From: Octopus sinensis | Taxonomy: Eukaryota | Direction: 5' to 3' | DNA length: 64,000 nucleotides | Assembly (NCBI RefSeq): GCF_006345805.1 | Contig: NC_043008.1 | Span: forward strand, 63,550,001-63,614,000 | Part shown: positions 51,512 through 64,000 of the stretch, piece after piece | Position numbering within the stretch: the stretch's first letter is position 1 | Layout: each line of letters opens with the position of its first letter | The notes under the pieces: model-generated | The model's database searches: none | Told to the model about the DNA's origin: nothing | The model's input: only the letters and a program-made list of their open reading frames with translations | Position numbers and translations under genes: made by a program

Positions 51512-52400
51512 GTCGGTGAGCCGGCAGAAACATTAGGACCGCGGGCAAAATGCTTAGTGGTATTTCATCTGTCTTTATGTTCTGAGTTCAAATTCCACCA
51601 AGGTCAACTTTGCCTTTTATCCTTCCAGGTTCAATAAATCAAGTACCAGTTGTGTACTGGGGTCAATCTAATTAACTGGCCCCTACCCTCAAAATTTTGA
51701 GCCTTGTGCCTAGAGTAGAAAAGATTATTTATCTAAGGTGGTGAGCTGGTAGAAACCTTAGCACTCCGGGTGAAATGCTTGGTAGTATTTCATCTGTTAA
51801 GCTGGCAGAAATGTTAGCATGTCGGGCAAAATGCTTAGCAGTATTTAGCTTGCCGCTACGTTCTGAGTTCAAATTCCGCCGAGGTCGACTTTGCCGTTCA
51901 TTCTTTCGGGGTCGATTAAGTAAGTACCAGTTATGCACTGGGGTCGATGTAATCGACTTAATCCGTTTGTCTGCCCTTGTTTGTCCTCTCTGTGTTTATC
52001 CCCTTGTGGGTAGTAAAGAAATAAGTATTTCATCTCTCTTTACGTTCAGAGTTCAAATTCTGCCAAGGCCGACTTTGCCTCTCATCCTTTTGGGGTCAAT
52101 AAATTAAATACTAGTTGCATACTAGGGTCTCTCTAATCGACTGGCCCCCTCCTTGTGCCCAGAGTAGAAAAGATTATTTATCTAAGGTGGTGAGCTGGCA
52201 GAAATGTTAGCATGGTAGGGAATATGCTTAGTGGTATTTCGTCTGTCTTTATGTCCTGAGTTCAAATTCCACCAAGGTCAACTTTGCCATTTATCCTTCC
52301 AGGGTCGATAAATTAAATACCAGTTGTGTACTGGGCTTGGTCTAATCGACTGCTCCCCTCCCTCAAAATTTTGGGCCTTGTGCCTAGCGTAGAAAAGAAT
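51512..52400 (+). mobile_element. Cluster of about five head-to-tail or nested SINE D copies
   Basis: Heads at about 51515, 51740, 51800 and 52190; B-box GAGTTCAAATTC at about 51585, 51865, 52050 and 52260; two different tails. Confidence 0.85.
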
Positions 52401-52593
52401 ATTTAGAAAGTTGTTTATTATGACCAGTCAGAAAGTGACAATTGGTTTCACATATATGAAGTATTTAGCAGCATAAATGCCTTGTCAGTCTAAAAGACTC
52501 ACCTATATAGTTAAGTGCATTACAGGTGTGCAATCAATGGTTACTCTTTGACCAACCATAACAAACGACCTTCTAAATTAAATGTGTATATAT

Positions 52594-53000
52594 CAGGGAC
52601 ATGCTGTCCAGGAAGGCAAGGTAGTCAGTGCCTACCCTGGATAAAATAGACTGATAGCAACGTTTTCTTTTTATGGCAAAATATGCACTTAATTCAATAA
52701 AACTATGAAGGTTGGTCTGATTACTATGCATAAAATGCAAAATGTTTTATATTTTTTGTAGATTAGGTAGGCATAATTCGCCCCTGCCTTTCAATCTCAG
52801 AATTTAAACTTTAGTACTGCTGCAGTACACATGCTATGTACACTCCTATAACGCCATTTTCATTAAGCACTATAAAGGCAGAAGTAAATCTGCCTTCAAC
52901 TCAGTTGTGCACCTGTATTTCACTTATGTTTTGTGTTTGTGTTTTACTTCCTTAAGGTCTCCAACTACCTGCCCTGAGTAATTATTGATACATACACCTG
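52594..53000. mobile_element. Second copy of the 35421 MITE
   Basis: Collinear match; flanked by TATATAT and (TA)n. Confidence 0.7.
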
Positions 53001-53039
<39 letters not shown>

Positions 53040-53040
<1 letters not shown>

Positions 53041-53215
53041 TAGCATGCCGGGCGAAATGCTTATCGGTATTTCATCTGCTGTTACATTCTGAGTTCAAAT
53101 TCCACCAAGGTTGACTTTGCCTTTCAACCTTTCAGGGTCAATAAATTAAGTACTATTTATGGACTGGGGTCGATGTAATCGACTTAATCCCTTTGTTTGT
53201 CCCTTCTAAGAAAGG
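53040..53215 (+). mobile_element. SINE family D, truncated
   Basis: TAGCATGCCGGGCGAAATGCTT...GGGTCGATGTAATCGACTT. Confidence 0.8.
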
Positions 53216-53319
53216 TTTGTCCCTTCTAAGAAATAAGAAAGGTTAACAGAGAAAGTAATTTTTGTATGTAGATGCACAGGAGCCATGGGAAACTGATTTC
53301 CTCAAATTTGCTTGAGGCT

Positions 53320-53480
53320 CTCTGAAAGTAGTAGTTAATTTCTGCTAACTAGGTGACCTAATTAGCAGTGGATGAAGATATTCTAAATGTGCAATAGCTA
53401 GAATAGGAATAGGATGGAGAAAGTCCAGAGAGTTTTTACCTCTGTTGGCAACCAAAGGTTTCTCTTTCCAAGTAAAATGC
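53320..53480 (+). mobile_element. RTE LINE RT-domain fragment
   Basis: VV.NFC*LGDLISSG*...ARIGIGWRKSREFLPLLATKGFSFQVK resembles RTE F.YLG...ARI..GW.KFREL.P.L. Confidence 0.75.
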
Positions 53481-53564
53481 TGAGCTTTATGAAGGACCAA
53501 GATATAAGGTGTATTGCTGTACCAAAGAAGACCCAGCCTTTACAACAAGATTAAGATCTTAAAG

Positions 53565-53808
53565 CCAGAGTGCCATATAAAAAGCACTGGTGCTGGTGCC
53601 ATGTATAAAGTACTGGTGATGGTGCTATTCAAAAAGCACCCAGTACACTTAGTAAAATGGTTGGCATTAGGAAAGGCATTCGTCCATAGAAACCAAGCCA
53701 AAACAGACAATAAACCCTCATGTGACCCTTGTCCTTGTCAGCTCCTGTCAAGTCGTCCAACACATGACAGCATGGAAAATGGACATTGAATGATGATGAT
53801 GATGAGGT
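53565..53808 (+). mobile_element. RTE 3' UTR (family E)
   Basis: Three AAAAGCAC-like modules, GGTTGGCATTAGGAAAGGCATTC core, (GAT)n tail. Confidence 0.8.
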
Positions 53809-54164
53809 TAAACTTGTTTTGAAACCAGGAATCATAATGTACTTGGAGCTATAAGATTCTTTAATCTGTACTCATACTTGCATTTGTAATTAGATTCAAA
53901 GAATGCTTAAGAAAACAACTCGTTAAGCTGAATTGTTTTAGCAGTAAACTTCTCAAATTCTATCATTATCTAATTGATTCTTAGCATCCTACTTTGTTGG
54001 GTTTTTTTTTTTCATTTATTTAATAATGAAGAGTTCTATTTCTTTGTGGTGTGACAAAGTATAATGTGATAAATATATTTTTTCTCACAAGAAAAATAAA
54101 ACAAGAAATTTTATATTGTTTCCAATTTTTCTGTCTCTTTTTCTTTACATTATTATTCATAGAA

Positions 54165-54295
54165 GTGGTTGGTCGGTCGGTCGGTCGGTCGGTCGGTCGG
54201 TCGGTCAGTTGGTTGGTCGGCTGGTTGGTTGGTTGGTTGGTTGGTTGGTTGGTTGGTTGGTTTGGTGGTTGGTTGGTTTGTTTGTTGGTTAGCTG
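54165..54295. repeat. (GGTC)n(GGTT)n microsatellite
   Basis: Direct read. Confidence 0.95.
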
Positions 54296-54414
54296 AGTCC
54301 TTAGAGCACCAAATATTTTGTGTTGTACTATTAGAACACCAGCTAAGGCAGCAAACTTTCAGAACCATTAGCATTCCAGACAAAATGTTTGGTGGCATTT
54401 TGACATTTTCATGT

Positions 54415-54565
54415 TTTGAATTCAATTTTTTCCACCAAGGTTGACTTTGCCTTTCATTTTTTGGAGGATTGATAAAATAAGTACCAGCTGGTAACTGGGG
54501 TCAATGTAATCAACTATCCCCTCTACCCCAAATTTCAGGCTTTGCGCCCATAGTAGAAAGGATTA
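54415..54565 (+). mobile_element. SINE family D, truncated
   Basis: GGTTGACTTTGCCTTTCAT...ATAAGTACCAG...CCCATAGTAGAAAGGATTAT. Confidence 0.75.
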
Positions 54566-54702
54566 TCAGAATACTAGCCCACTGATGTTGTAAGTACAAG
54601 TTCCACTGAGGTCAACACTGAATTTTATCCTTTTGACTTTGACAAAGAAAGTATCAACAGAGTGTCTGTCTAGCCCTTTCACCATCAAACTGTTATATTT
54701 CA

Positions 54703-55285
54703 CCCTTTAGCATTTGAACTGGCTATGTATGGACAAAATATTCTACTTGTTTTATGATCAGATTAGCTAGATTCTGCCTGTTTCACCTACCCTACATCAT
54801 TCTGCCTGTTTCACCTGCCCTACATCATGTGAAGGCCTGTGGCTCAATGGTTAGAGCATCGAGCTTACGATTGTGAGGTTGTGAGCTCGAATCCCGGACC
54901 GGGCTGCATGTTGTGTTCTTGAGCAAGACACTTTATTTCACGTTGCTCCAGTACACTCAGCTGTAGAAATGAGTTGCGACGTCACAGGTGCCAAGCTGTA
55001 TCGGCCCTTGTGTTTCCCTTGGACAACATTGGTGACGTGGAGAGGGGAGGCTGGTATGCATGGGCGACTGCTGGTCTTCCATAAAACAACCTTGCCCAGA
55101 CTTGTGCCTCAGAGGGATATCTCTAGGTGCAAACCCATGGTCAGTGTCTGACTGAAGGTGGTCACCACATCATTCTAAAAATATACATTCATATCTTCGA
55201 AACCTCAAAACTACAGGATAATTAATTCAAAACAATGTGAATAAATAAGCATTATATTAGACAGTGTAATCTGAATGCTAACAGA
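54703..55285. mobile_element. piggyBac-like MITE with nested SINE C (54829-55166)
   Basis: Homologous to 62455-62675; SINE TSD ACATCAT at 54822-54828 / 55167-55173. Confidence 0.75.
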
Positions 55286-55344
55286 TTAACCAATAAAGCA
55301 GCATTAACTATCTTGTTTAACAGCAAGTAAGTGTTTTTGATTAA

Positions 55345-55549
55345 CCCTTTCATTATTGCATTTATTTTGAGATGTTCTGTGTTTCTTTCAGTTACTTTAA
55401 TATAACAAAGAATTTAATAAAATATCTTTGTTATCATTCATAAGTTTTGTTATCATAAGTTTTGAATTAAAATCTCCCACCAAACCTTGCTCACAATTTA
55501 TGTTCTTAACAAATTTCCTCAAGTTATTTTACTAAATTCTTTGTTATAT
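55345..55549. mobile_element. Second TTAA-MITE family, rearranged as a foldback
   Basis: TTAA|CCCTTT start; homologous to 29570-29786; TATAACAAAGAATTTA.TAAAATA (about 55401) is inverted at about 55525. Confidence 0.7.
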
Positions 55550-55553
55550 TTAA

Positions 55554-55773
55554 CTCTTTAGTGTTCAGATTACTCTGTTAAATGTAATACTTTTTCACTC
55601 AAATTGTTTTGAATTACTCATGCATTGTCTTACAGCTTTGAGGTTTCAATGATGTGATTGCTTATTTTTAGAATGTCAATGTAGGATAGGTGTGAGAGGT
55701 TAGATATGGCTAGTTCAAATATAAAACAAGTAGAATATCTGGGCCAGATGTAGCCGGTTTAAACACTAAAGGG
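55554..55773. mobile_element. piggyBac-like MITE, 220 bp
   Basis: TTAA|CTCTTTAGTGTTCAG ... TAAACACTAAAGGG|TTAA; reverse orientation relative to 62455. Confidence 0.85.
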
Positions 55774-56959
55774 TTAAAATACTTGAAAGAAATGCAGATC
55801 ATCTCAAAATAAATATAGTAATGAAAAAGTTAACTCAAATGTAGCTGATGGTGAGGAAAATGGACTTGTGAGTATCAACTGAAGTTTGCTGCCAGCATGT
55901 CCAGAGGTATAGTATAACTGAGCAATAAATATCAAGAAACATTTAAGGATATAACACATTAACAGTGTTACAACTGCTATTGGTGAGTTTGTAGAAGTGT
56001 TTACCAAGTTGATTTGGTATGAAGATTTTAACAAACACAGACCACTCATAGGTTCTTTGCACTCTGGTTATTACTAAAGAATAAAAATGGTTAAAATTGA
56101 TATTACAGAAATGCCTGGCTAAAATGAAGAAGCTTCTGTGCAATCATTAGATCTGTTATAAATGGCAGTCAGTTATCCTTCTGTCTTATCCTACTGTCTT
56201 ATACACAGATGGAACATAGAGGCTCCTAATAACACTAAATAGCGCTAAACAGACTGGATGATCATGACAAACACTTTAGATAAGAGGTCTGCTTGATCAC
56301 AATTAAAAGGGGGTTAAGCAACAACTGCATCAGTTACTTCCATTTGTAGAAATAAAATAAGACAAACATACTCAACTTAGTTTGAAATAAATATAACATG
56401 TAAGAAACCATTACTATTGAGAAAACTACATCAGGCCACCAGTCATAGCTACAGACATAGTTCATCTGAAACCAGTTGTCTGCAAAATAAGAAGAAGAAA
56501 AATTCTTGAAGAAAACTTTCACTTCTATGATGTCTAAAATTTCCTTTAATTCAGGCAAAACTAATCAAATTAACAAAGGATTTTTAGATTTTCTTTAACT
56601 TCATTTTGCATGGTTATATGAAGAGATAACTTTCATTGTATTCAAAATATTTTTGGCTACTGTTGTTATTTATTAAACAAGAAATAAATCAATGGAAACA
56701 TATTAAAAATCTTCAAAATATATAAAATAGATACAAATTAGTCGAAGAAAAATGTATTCCAAATTAAGAAATGGGAATAATCCATTCATGAGATAGACAA
56801 TACTACTGTAGAAGCAAGCATAAGCATATCTGTGTTTCAATATTTCCTTGTAAGATCTCTTCACATAATACATATAGAAAGTAAGCTTTCAGAGTAATGC
56901 TGTGTATGTGTTTATGCATGTAAATATAAATCTACAAGCATGCAGAAATATGTGCTTGT

Positions 56960-57684
56960 AGACAGGACCACACTCTGACAGACAGACATATACACACATA
57001 CATACATACATACATACACATACAAATACTCAGAAACAGACACACATATATATGAATAGAAGCATATGTGAAAAAGATAGAAAGTGCATATCTACATTCA
57101 AAGGATTGTATATGCAAATAAATGTGCAAATAAATGTGCACTACCGTGATTGCATGTGTGTGTGTGGATGTATATTAATTCAGAGACAGCTATAAGTATA
57201 AATATATATATATATACATGTATATACATACATATCTATACATATATGTATACATACATGCATACATATATATATACATTCATATATATATATATACATT
57301 CATATATATATATATACATTCGTATATATATATATATACATTCGTATATATGTATACACACACACACACACATATATATATATACATATATACATTTATA
57401 TAAATGTATGTGTTTATATAAATATATGTATATATTTATATAAATACATATATACATTCATATATATGAATGTATATGCTTACACATATATATGAATGTA
57501 TATATGCATTCATATATTTATATATATATATAAATACATACACACACACAAACATACATATATAAATATTTATATAAACCCACACATTTGTGTGTATATA
57601 TATGTATATATATATAAATATTATGTATGTATGTATGTATATGTGCATATATGTATATATATACATATACATACACACACACAC

Positions 57685-57731
<47 letters not shown>

Positions 57732-58815
57732 TAAAAGTTATAAGCATATAGAGTGAGAGATTCAGCGGTAATATATTCATTTTCCAATCTATTGTAATGT
57801 AGTAGAATTTAATTTCTAAATAAAAAAGAAAAAAAAAACACACAGAAAATAAACACAAAGACGCTAAATTTAAAAGCTACAAAATCTTTTGTAGTTTCAA
57901 GCAAGACAATTCCACTCGGAAGAAGATTTTGGGCAAAAAAATAAACAGTTAATAAATAAATAGCTAAATAATAGTAATAGTAGTTATGTATAAATAAAGT
58001 ATAAATTTAAAGAATTTCAAAAACAAAAAAATATTGAATAATAATAAATAAATAGATGAAAAATTAATTTAAAATTTTTTAAAAAGCCTAGAAAATTGAA
58101 GTAAAATACAAGAAACACTAATAAAACAATAAAAATCTATATAAACTAACTATTTCAGTGAAAGAGCAAGTCATTTAGTGCTTCACAGAAAATAAACATT
58201 TCAGCTGAGAATCTATTTGCTCTATTAGAAATATTTTGCATCAAAGAAAAACATCCCACTTTTATATATTAATTGAATTACTTTCAACAAAGCTTTTCTA
58301 TTTCCGATCAATATTTATGAAAATATATAAACATATAAGAGAAGACGTTGGAAGAGGATCATTGCAAGTCTGCTTAAAGTTATAATACCAAGCAGCTGGA
58401 GGTGTTAGGACCAAGAGACTGAGTGAGGGAGAGATAGGAAAAATGAATGGAAATAAGTGAGAGAACAGGAAATCTGGAATGCATTAATTGGTTGTTTCCT
58501 TTCAAGCGGCTTGCTCACACTTACCCCTACGTAAATGTAATAAATTTCATTTCTTCTTTTCTTCATTTTCATTTCTCTTTTCTTCTCTTAATAGATTCTG
58601 TCTTCTTTCATTTTTTCTTTTATTTCTACATTTATGAAAACTTCAAATACGTGTGTGTGTGTGTGTGTGAGTGCACGTGTGTATGTGTGTGTGTGGTGTG
58701 GTGTGTGCATAGGCACATACACATTTGTATGTGTATATATGAATATATACATGCACACATAGGCATTTATATATATGTGTGTGTGTGTGTGTGCATGCAT
58801 GTATGTATACATCTG

Positions 58816-58882
<67 letters not shown>

Positions 58883-58927
58883 TTATATATATATATGTAT
58901 ATATATATGTATATATATATATATGTA

Positions 58928-58973
<46 letters not shown>

Positions 58974-59230
58974 CATACACACACACATATATATATATAC
59001 ATACATATATGTATATATACATTATATAGATAGATACATATATATATATATATATATATACATATACCTTATATACGTTATTATATACACATACACAGAC
59101 ACTCACATACACACACACACTCATAAAAATTTATGCATGTAAAAAGAGATACACATGTACGCAAATATATTTACACAAATATACACACACAGATGTGGAC
59201 ATGCACACATACATATTCACACACAGCACT
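56960..59230. repeat. Long compound (TA)n/(CA)n/(TATG)n fields (57200-57740, 58650-59230)
   Basis: Direct read; explains all YI/CV/HT ORFs here. Confidence 0.95.
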
Positions 59231-59654
59231 GTGTGTTTCTCACATAGCTTCTGAATGCATCAGGTACAGTAGCCACAGAGTTCAACTTTATTCAACTTTG
59301 TTCAGCACACTTAAGGAAAATAGTTGGTTCCAGTGCAATTTTAGTCACTAGAATAAGAGCGGGATGAAGAAGTTGAGAGAGTTGTTATTGCTGCAGAAAT
59401 GGTAAGCTCTATATATCCAATGTAAGGAATGTGTTGCTGCATGCTAATGAGACATGAGTAGCAGAAATTGGGTGAAGTAGCCAAATCTGGAGAAAAATGT
59501 GACAATCACAAAATATACAGGATGTGTAACAGGGAAATATCTGACAAAGTAGCTGGGTACTGGAAAGTATAAATTAACCCTTTTGCTTTTATACGTCTTT
59601 TAAAATACATAGCTTGTGCGTCAATTACTTTTCAAACACGGTGAAAGTGAAAGT

Positions 59655-60080
59655 ACAGATGTGGTTGCGTGGTAAAATGCTTGCTTCTCAATCTCATGGT
59701 CCTGGATCCAATCCCACTGCATAGCAACTTAAGCAAATGTCTCTTACTTTATCCTCAGTAAGACCAAAGTCGTATGAGTGGATTTGGTAGATGAAAACTG
59801 AAAGAAGCTTGTTGTATATATATGTATCTCTCTCTCTCTATATATATATATATCTATTTGTATGTGTCTTTATGTGTGCTTGTCCACCACCACCACTTGA
59901 CAACCTATATTGTTTTTATGTCCCTGTAACTTAGTGGTTTGGCAAACGAGACTGATAGAAAGAGTACCAGGCTTTAAAAGAGAAATAAGTCCTGGCATCG
60001 ACTTATTCGACTAAAACCTATCAAGGTGATGCCCCAGCATGGCTACAGTAAAATAAGCAAAACAAGTAAAGGATAAAGAA
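59655..60080 (+). mobile_element. SINE family A, old
   Basis: Degraded full copy. Confidence 0.8.
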
Positions 60081-60419
60081 TAGATTAAGTAAAACAATTT
60101 ATACTTAGAACATAAATTACCATGAAATATTGATGCAAGAGTTTTTTTCTGTAAATGACTTTAAAACAAGGAAGGTGGTGTTACAGAACCAAACGTAGTC
60201 TCAGGTATGTTAGTATCCAAAGGGATAACGTTTTCAAGGTTCATGATCGCTATGATGTAAAGAGATGTGTGTTGAGTGAAAAAGTATCTTCATGCTTTTT
60301 TATTTGTTCTCTCATTTTACACCTGTTTTTGCATGCTAGCATGGGTTAGATCTTTATATTAGCAGGGTATTGGAGTGTAAGCAGCCCCCACTTATGCGTA
60401 CCTCCCCTTCATTGGACAC

Positions 60420-60890
60420 TGCTTGCGAAGACCGGTCAAGGCAAGTGAAATCAGAATCGAAATCAAATTTGTTAACTGGCATCCATGCTAGCGGAGCACT
60501 AAGAGCACCATCTGAGTGTGATCATTGCCAGAGCAGCTAACTGGCGTTTGTGCCGGTGGCACGTAAAAAGCACCTTTCAAGCATGATCGTTACCAGAGTT
60601 GCCTTTCTGGCACTTGTGCCAGTGTGCAGGTGACACGTAAAAAAAAGAAAAACACGATTTTCCATGACCATTGCCAGTACTGCCTGACTGGCCCTCATGC
60701 TTGTGGTACGTAAAAGCACCCACTGCACTCTCAGAGTGGTTGGCATTAGGAAGGGCCTCCAGCTGTAGAAACTCTGCTAAATCAAGAATGGAGCCTGGTG
60801 CACCCATCTGGTTCACCAGTCCTCAGTCAAACCGCCCAACCCATACTAGCATGGAAAGCGGACGTTAAACGATGATGATAATGATGATGA
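60420..60890 (+). mobile_element. RTE ORF end plus complete 3' UTR (family E)
   Basis: GCAAGTGAAATC ORF-end motif, three CACGTAAAA modules, ends GGAAAGCGGACGTTAAAC(GAT)n. Confidence 0.88.
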
Positions 60891-61852
60891 TTAGCAGGGC
60901 ATATTTTCACAGTCAGATGTCCTTCATATGACGGAAAAACTTTAGTGTTGTACTGTATGAAGAAACGGGTTTTTTTTAGCTATTTCACAGGATTCAAAGT
61001 ATTATCAAACAATATTTCTTCTTGTAAACATTGATCTTGTGGGTCTTTTACTGTCAAATTCTCTTCACCTGTTCAGCCATAAAATATTAGTGTTCAAAAG
61101 TGTAATATAAATGTGTTTCTTGTAAGTCAAATTAAAAGTTAAAAACTATTTCAGTTGGATTCTTATTTTGAAATACAAAACTGTACATTTTTGCTTTTAA
61201 AATACCTTTTATTTCTATTTAAAATTCCTATTATATTTTAAGTACTGTTTTAATGTATTTAGACCGTATGTATTCATGAGAAACTTCTCAGAGAATTAAT
61301 TGTGAAGTTATATTTTTTCCATGGTAACAATTCTATGAAAATTATTTAATTGAAAAATAGCCTCTCAAAACAAACTCTTTCCTATATTATTTCATTGTAG
61401 TAAAACAAAATTGATTAATGGAAACATTTAAAATCTGCTAATGAGAGAATGAAGGCTTTCAGCAGAAATTAAAGATTTCTATTTCGTTGATTTTATTTCA
61501 GGAATACCAAAAGTTCACCAATTAAAAATCTAGAAATGGAAAGAATATTTTCAACTCTTTAACGATGAAAAACTTTTTTTTTAACAATGATAAATAGAAT
61601 TTTCACAAAAGGGAACTTCCGAGGAACGATATTTTGGATACAAGATATTGTCAATAGTCATAAAAGATGACAAACTAGCGGGTTTTTCTTCTTTTTTGTT
61701 TTTGTTGTTTTCATTGATATAACTGTCAAAAGGCAAATTTGAAAAATTGCTGCACTTTCGTGATTGCATGAATTATGTAATTGCAAACAGTAGAGATTCT
61801 TATGCAATAGCACCTAAGAAGGTATTCGAAAGATTTTTTGTTTGTCCCTTTA

Positions 61853-62245
61853 ACTCTTTTACTCCTTTACTTGTTTCAGTCATTTGACTGTGGCCATGCT
61901 GGAGCACCGCCTTTAGTCGAGAAAATCGACCCCAGGACTTATTCTTTATGAGCCTAGTACTTATTGTATCAGTCTCTTTTGCCGAACTACTCAGTTACGG
62001 GGATGTAAACACACCAAGGGTGAGACAAACACAGACACACAAACATATGCACACTCATATATATATGCATATACATATATACAACGGGCTTCTTTCAGTT
62101 TCCATCTACCAAATCCACTCACAAGTCTTTGGTCAGCCCAAGGCTATAGTAGAAGACACTTGCCCAAGGTGCCATGCAGTGGGACTGAGCCCGAAACCAT
62201 GCAGTTCGTAAGCAAGCTACTTACCACACAGCCACTCCTATGCCT
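61853..62245 (-). mobile_element. SINE family A
   Basis: Full reverse copy. Confidence 0.9.
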
Positions 62246-62454
62246 ATGATCATCCTGTCTTTTTAAATGTGTCTTTTTGACAGCTGTATCTAATGTACTT
62301 TTCTTCTTACTGAAAATGATAAGTAGTGATTTGAGGAAAATTTGGCTACTACTCCTAGCATGTTGAACCCACTTCCAGAAATGCAGTTGAATGGCTTTTA
62401 GTCATGTGTTCAAGAGACGCTGCAGAGAGAATACTGTAAATATTATGTATTTAA

Positions 62455-62675
62455 CCCTTTAGTGTTTAAACTGGCCATATCTGGCCGAAGTTTTCTACCT
62501 ATTTTATGTTTAAACTAACCAGATCAGGGCTCTCACAACTAACCTACATTGACATTATAAAAAAAAAACAATCACATCATTGAAACCTCAAAACTATAAG
62601 ATAATACATGATTAATTAAAAACAATTTGAGTAAAAAAATATTACATTTAACAGCGTAATCTGAACACTAAAGGG
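62455..62675. mobile_element. piggyBac-like MITE, 221 bp
   Basis: TTAA|CCCTTTAGTGTTTA ... TGAACACTAAAGGG|TTAA (13/14 TIR). Confidence 0.9.
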
Positions 62676-62694
62676 TTAAGGCACAACAGACTTG

Positions 62695-62830
62695 GGATTA
62701 GAACGTCTGAGAAAAGAATAGCAAGGCAGATTATTCAAGCTAAGTCAACTAGCAAGAGATCTGGGAAAAGACCACAAAGGAAATGGTTGGTTAGTATCCA
62801 TAGTCTCAGATGGTCATGTTTGGGAATCAA
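62695..62830 (+). mobile_element. Possible RTE C-terminal relic
   Basis: RIARQIIQAK...RSGKRPQRKWLVSI resembles G.R.RGRP..RW; short and degraded. Confidence 0.35.
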
Positions 62831-63118
62831 GCCAGAAAGTCAATGACAGTTGCTTCTGATGGGACCATATTGAGGAAGTGTCTGACATCTCTACTCTAAC
62901 AACTTTCATAGGAATAGCAGACAGAGAAGATGGATGGATGGATGGATGGATGGCTAAGGTAGCTTAATTTGAAAATATTGAGAAATTTAAAACAGAAACT
63001 CTTTTAATTGTTTGTTAAAATGACTGTCTTGCTAAATTGATTTCAATATTAAATTATTAGTGTGTTAATTGCATTTCATTTCATTGATCTGCTATACTAT
63101 AGAAAATACCTATAGGTT

Positions 63119-63347
63119 AAGGCAACAAGCTGGCAGAAACGTTAGCACACCGGGCGAAATACTTAGCGATATTTCGTCTGCTGCTACATTCTGAGTTCAA
63201 ATTCCACCGAGGTCAACCTTGCCTTTCATCCTTTCGGGATCGATTAAATAAGTACCAGTTACACACTGGGGTCGATATAATAGATTTAATCCGTTTGTCC
63301 TTGTTTGTCCCCTCTATGTGTAGCCCTTTGTGGGCAATAAAGAAATA
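63119..63347 (+). mobile_element. SINE family D, young
   Basis: Perfect 18-bp TSD AGAAAATACCTATAGGTT at 63101-63118 / 63348-63365. Confidence 0.95.
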
Positions 63348-63414
63348 AGAAAATACCTATAGGTTTTTGAGCCAACACTGTATATTATCATACAACAAGT
63401 ATAAAGAATGCAAA

Positions 63415-63780
63415 AGTAGGCATGGTAGTATGGTTAACAAGTTCACTTTGCAAACACCTGGTTTCAGGTTCAATCCCACTGCATAACACCTTCAGCAGAT
63501 GTCTTCTACTGTAGCCTTGAGCCTTGTAAATGAAATTGGTATGCAGAAATTATGTGTCTGCATGTGTGCCTGCACATGTTTTTGTGTTTGTGTGTGTGTG
63601 TGTGTGTATGTGTGTGTATCTGTTTGTCTCCCAACCACCACCACTACTAGCACATGATTACCGGTGTTGGCTTGTTTAGCACTTAACCAAAACAGACTAA
63701 TAGAATAAATAACAAATATAATAAAATAATAAATAAATATGAGTTGATTTCATGGACCAAATGCTTCGAATCTGTGCCCC
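63415..63780 (+). mobile_element. SINE family A, old
   Basis: GGTTCAATCCCACTGCAT...CCGGTGTTGG; degraded. Confidence 0.65.
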
Positions 63781-64000
63781 AGGAACATGTAAAAAAATCA
63801 TAAAAGAATACATATTTTTTTTATCAATCAAATGAAATACCATTATTTTTTATTTGAAAAGTTTCCAAGAAATTGTTAAACATGTGAATAGGCTTAAAAT
63901 GTATTTTACTCTGAGAGAGAGAGAGAGAGGCTCTTTATTACCAGTAAAGGTAGTAGCATTATGCCTGATGTACTAACATTTCTGCCAGCTTGCTGCTTTA

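Noticed and set aside
56400-56510. Strong minus-strand acceptor then NWFQMNYVCSYDWWPDVVF (WxPD recalls Cys-loop receptor loop A)
   Set aside because: Spacing to the upstream W is far too short for a Cys-loop receptor; no clear donor and no other receptor exons in the window.

Overview
Very AT-rich, repeat-saturated eukaryotic DNA, most likely an octopus (cephalopod) genome. That assignment is an inference from the tRNA-headed SINE families, RTE 3' ends with (GAT)n tails and extreme microsatellite density. I cannot support any intact host protein-coding gene, tRNA, rRNA or CRISPR array; most ORFs in the track are microsatellite or SINE read-throughs. The window holds about 50 SINE copies from four head types, which I label A-D, many with clear 7-18 bp target-site duplications (TSDs). 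It also holds decayed RTE and CR1-type LINE fragments, three mariner relics, several MITE families (hAT-, Tc1-, piggyBac-like and one unclassified with telomere-like G-tracts), Penelope-like terminal fragments, a near-perfect 894-bp tandem duplication and a 1.15-kb inverted-repeat composite. Best leads: (1) a Thr/Ser/Asn-rich 220-codon frame with an 81-bp repeat, restored exactly by removing one SINE plus its TSD (27.2-28.2 kb); (2) combinatorial head/tail swapping among SINEs, plus a GTCGA-N5-TCGAC hairpin shared by two families; (3) the foldback composite at 31.9-33.1 kb; (4) the G-tract MITE at 28.5 kb. I found no convincing new gene system. Coordinates of decayed elements are approximate (about +/-20 bp).
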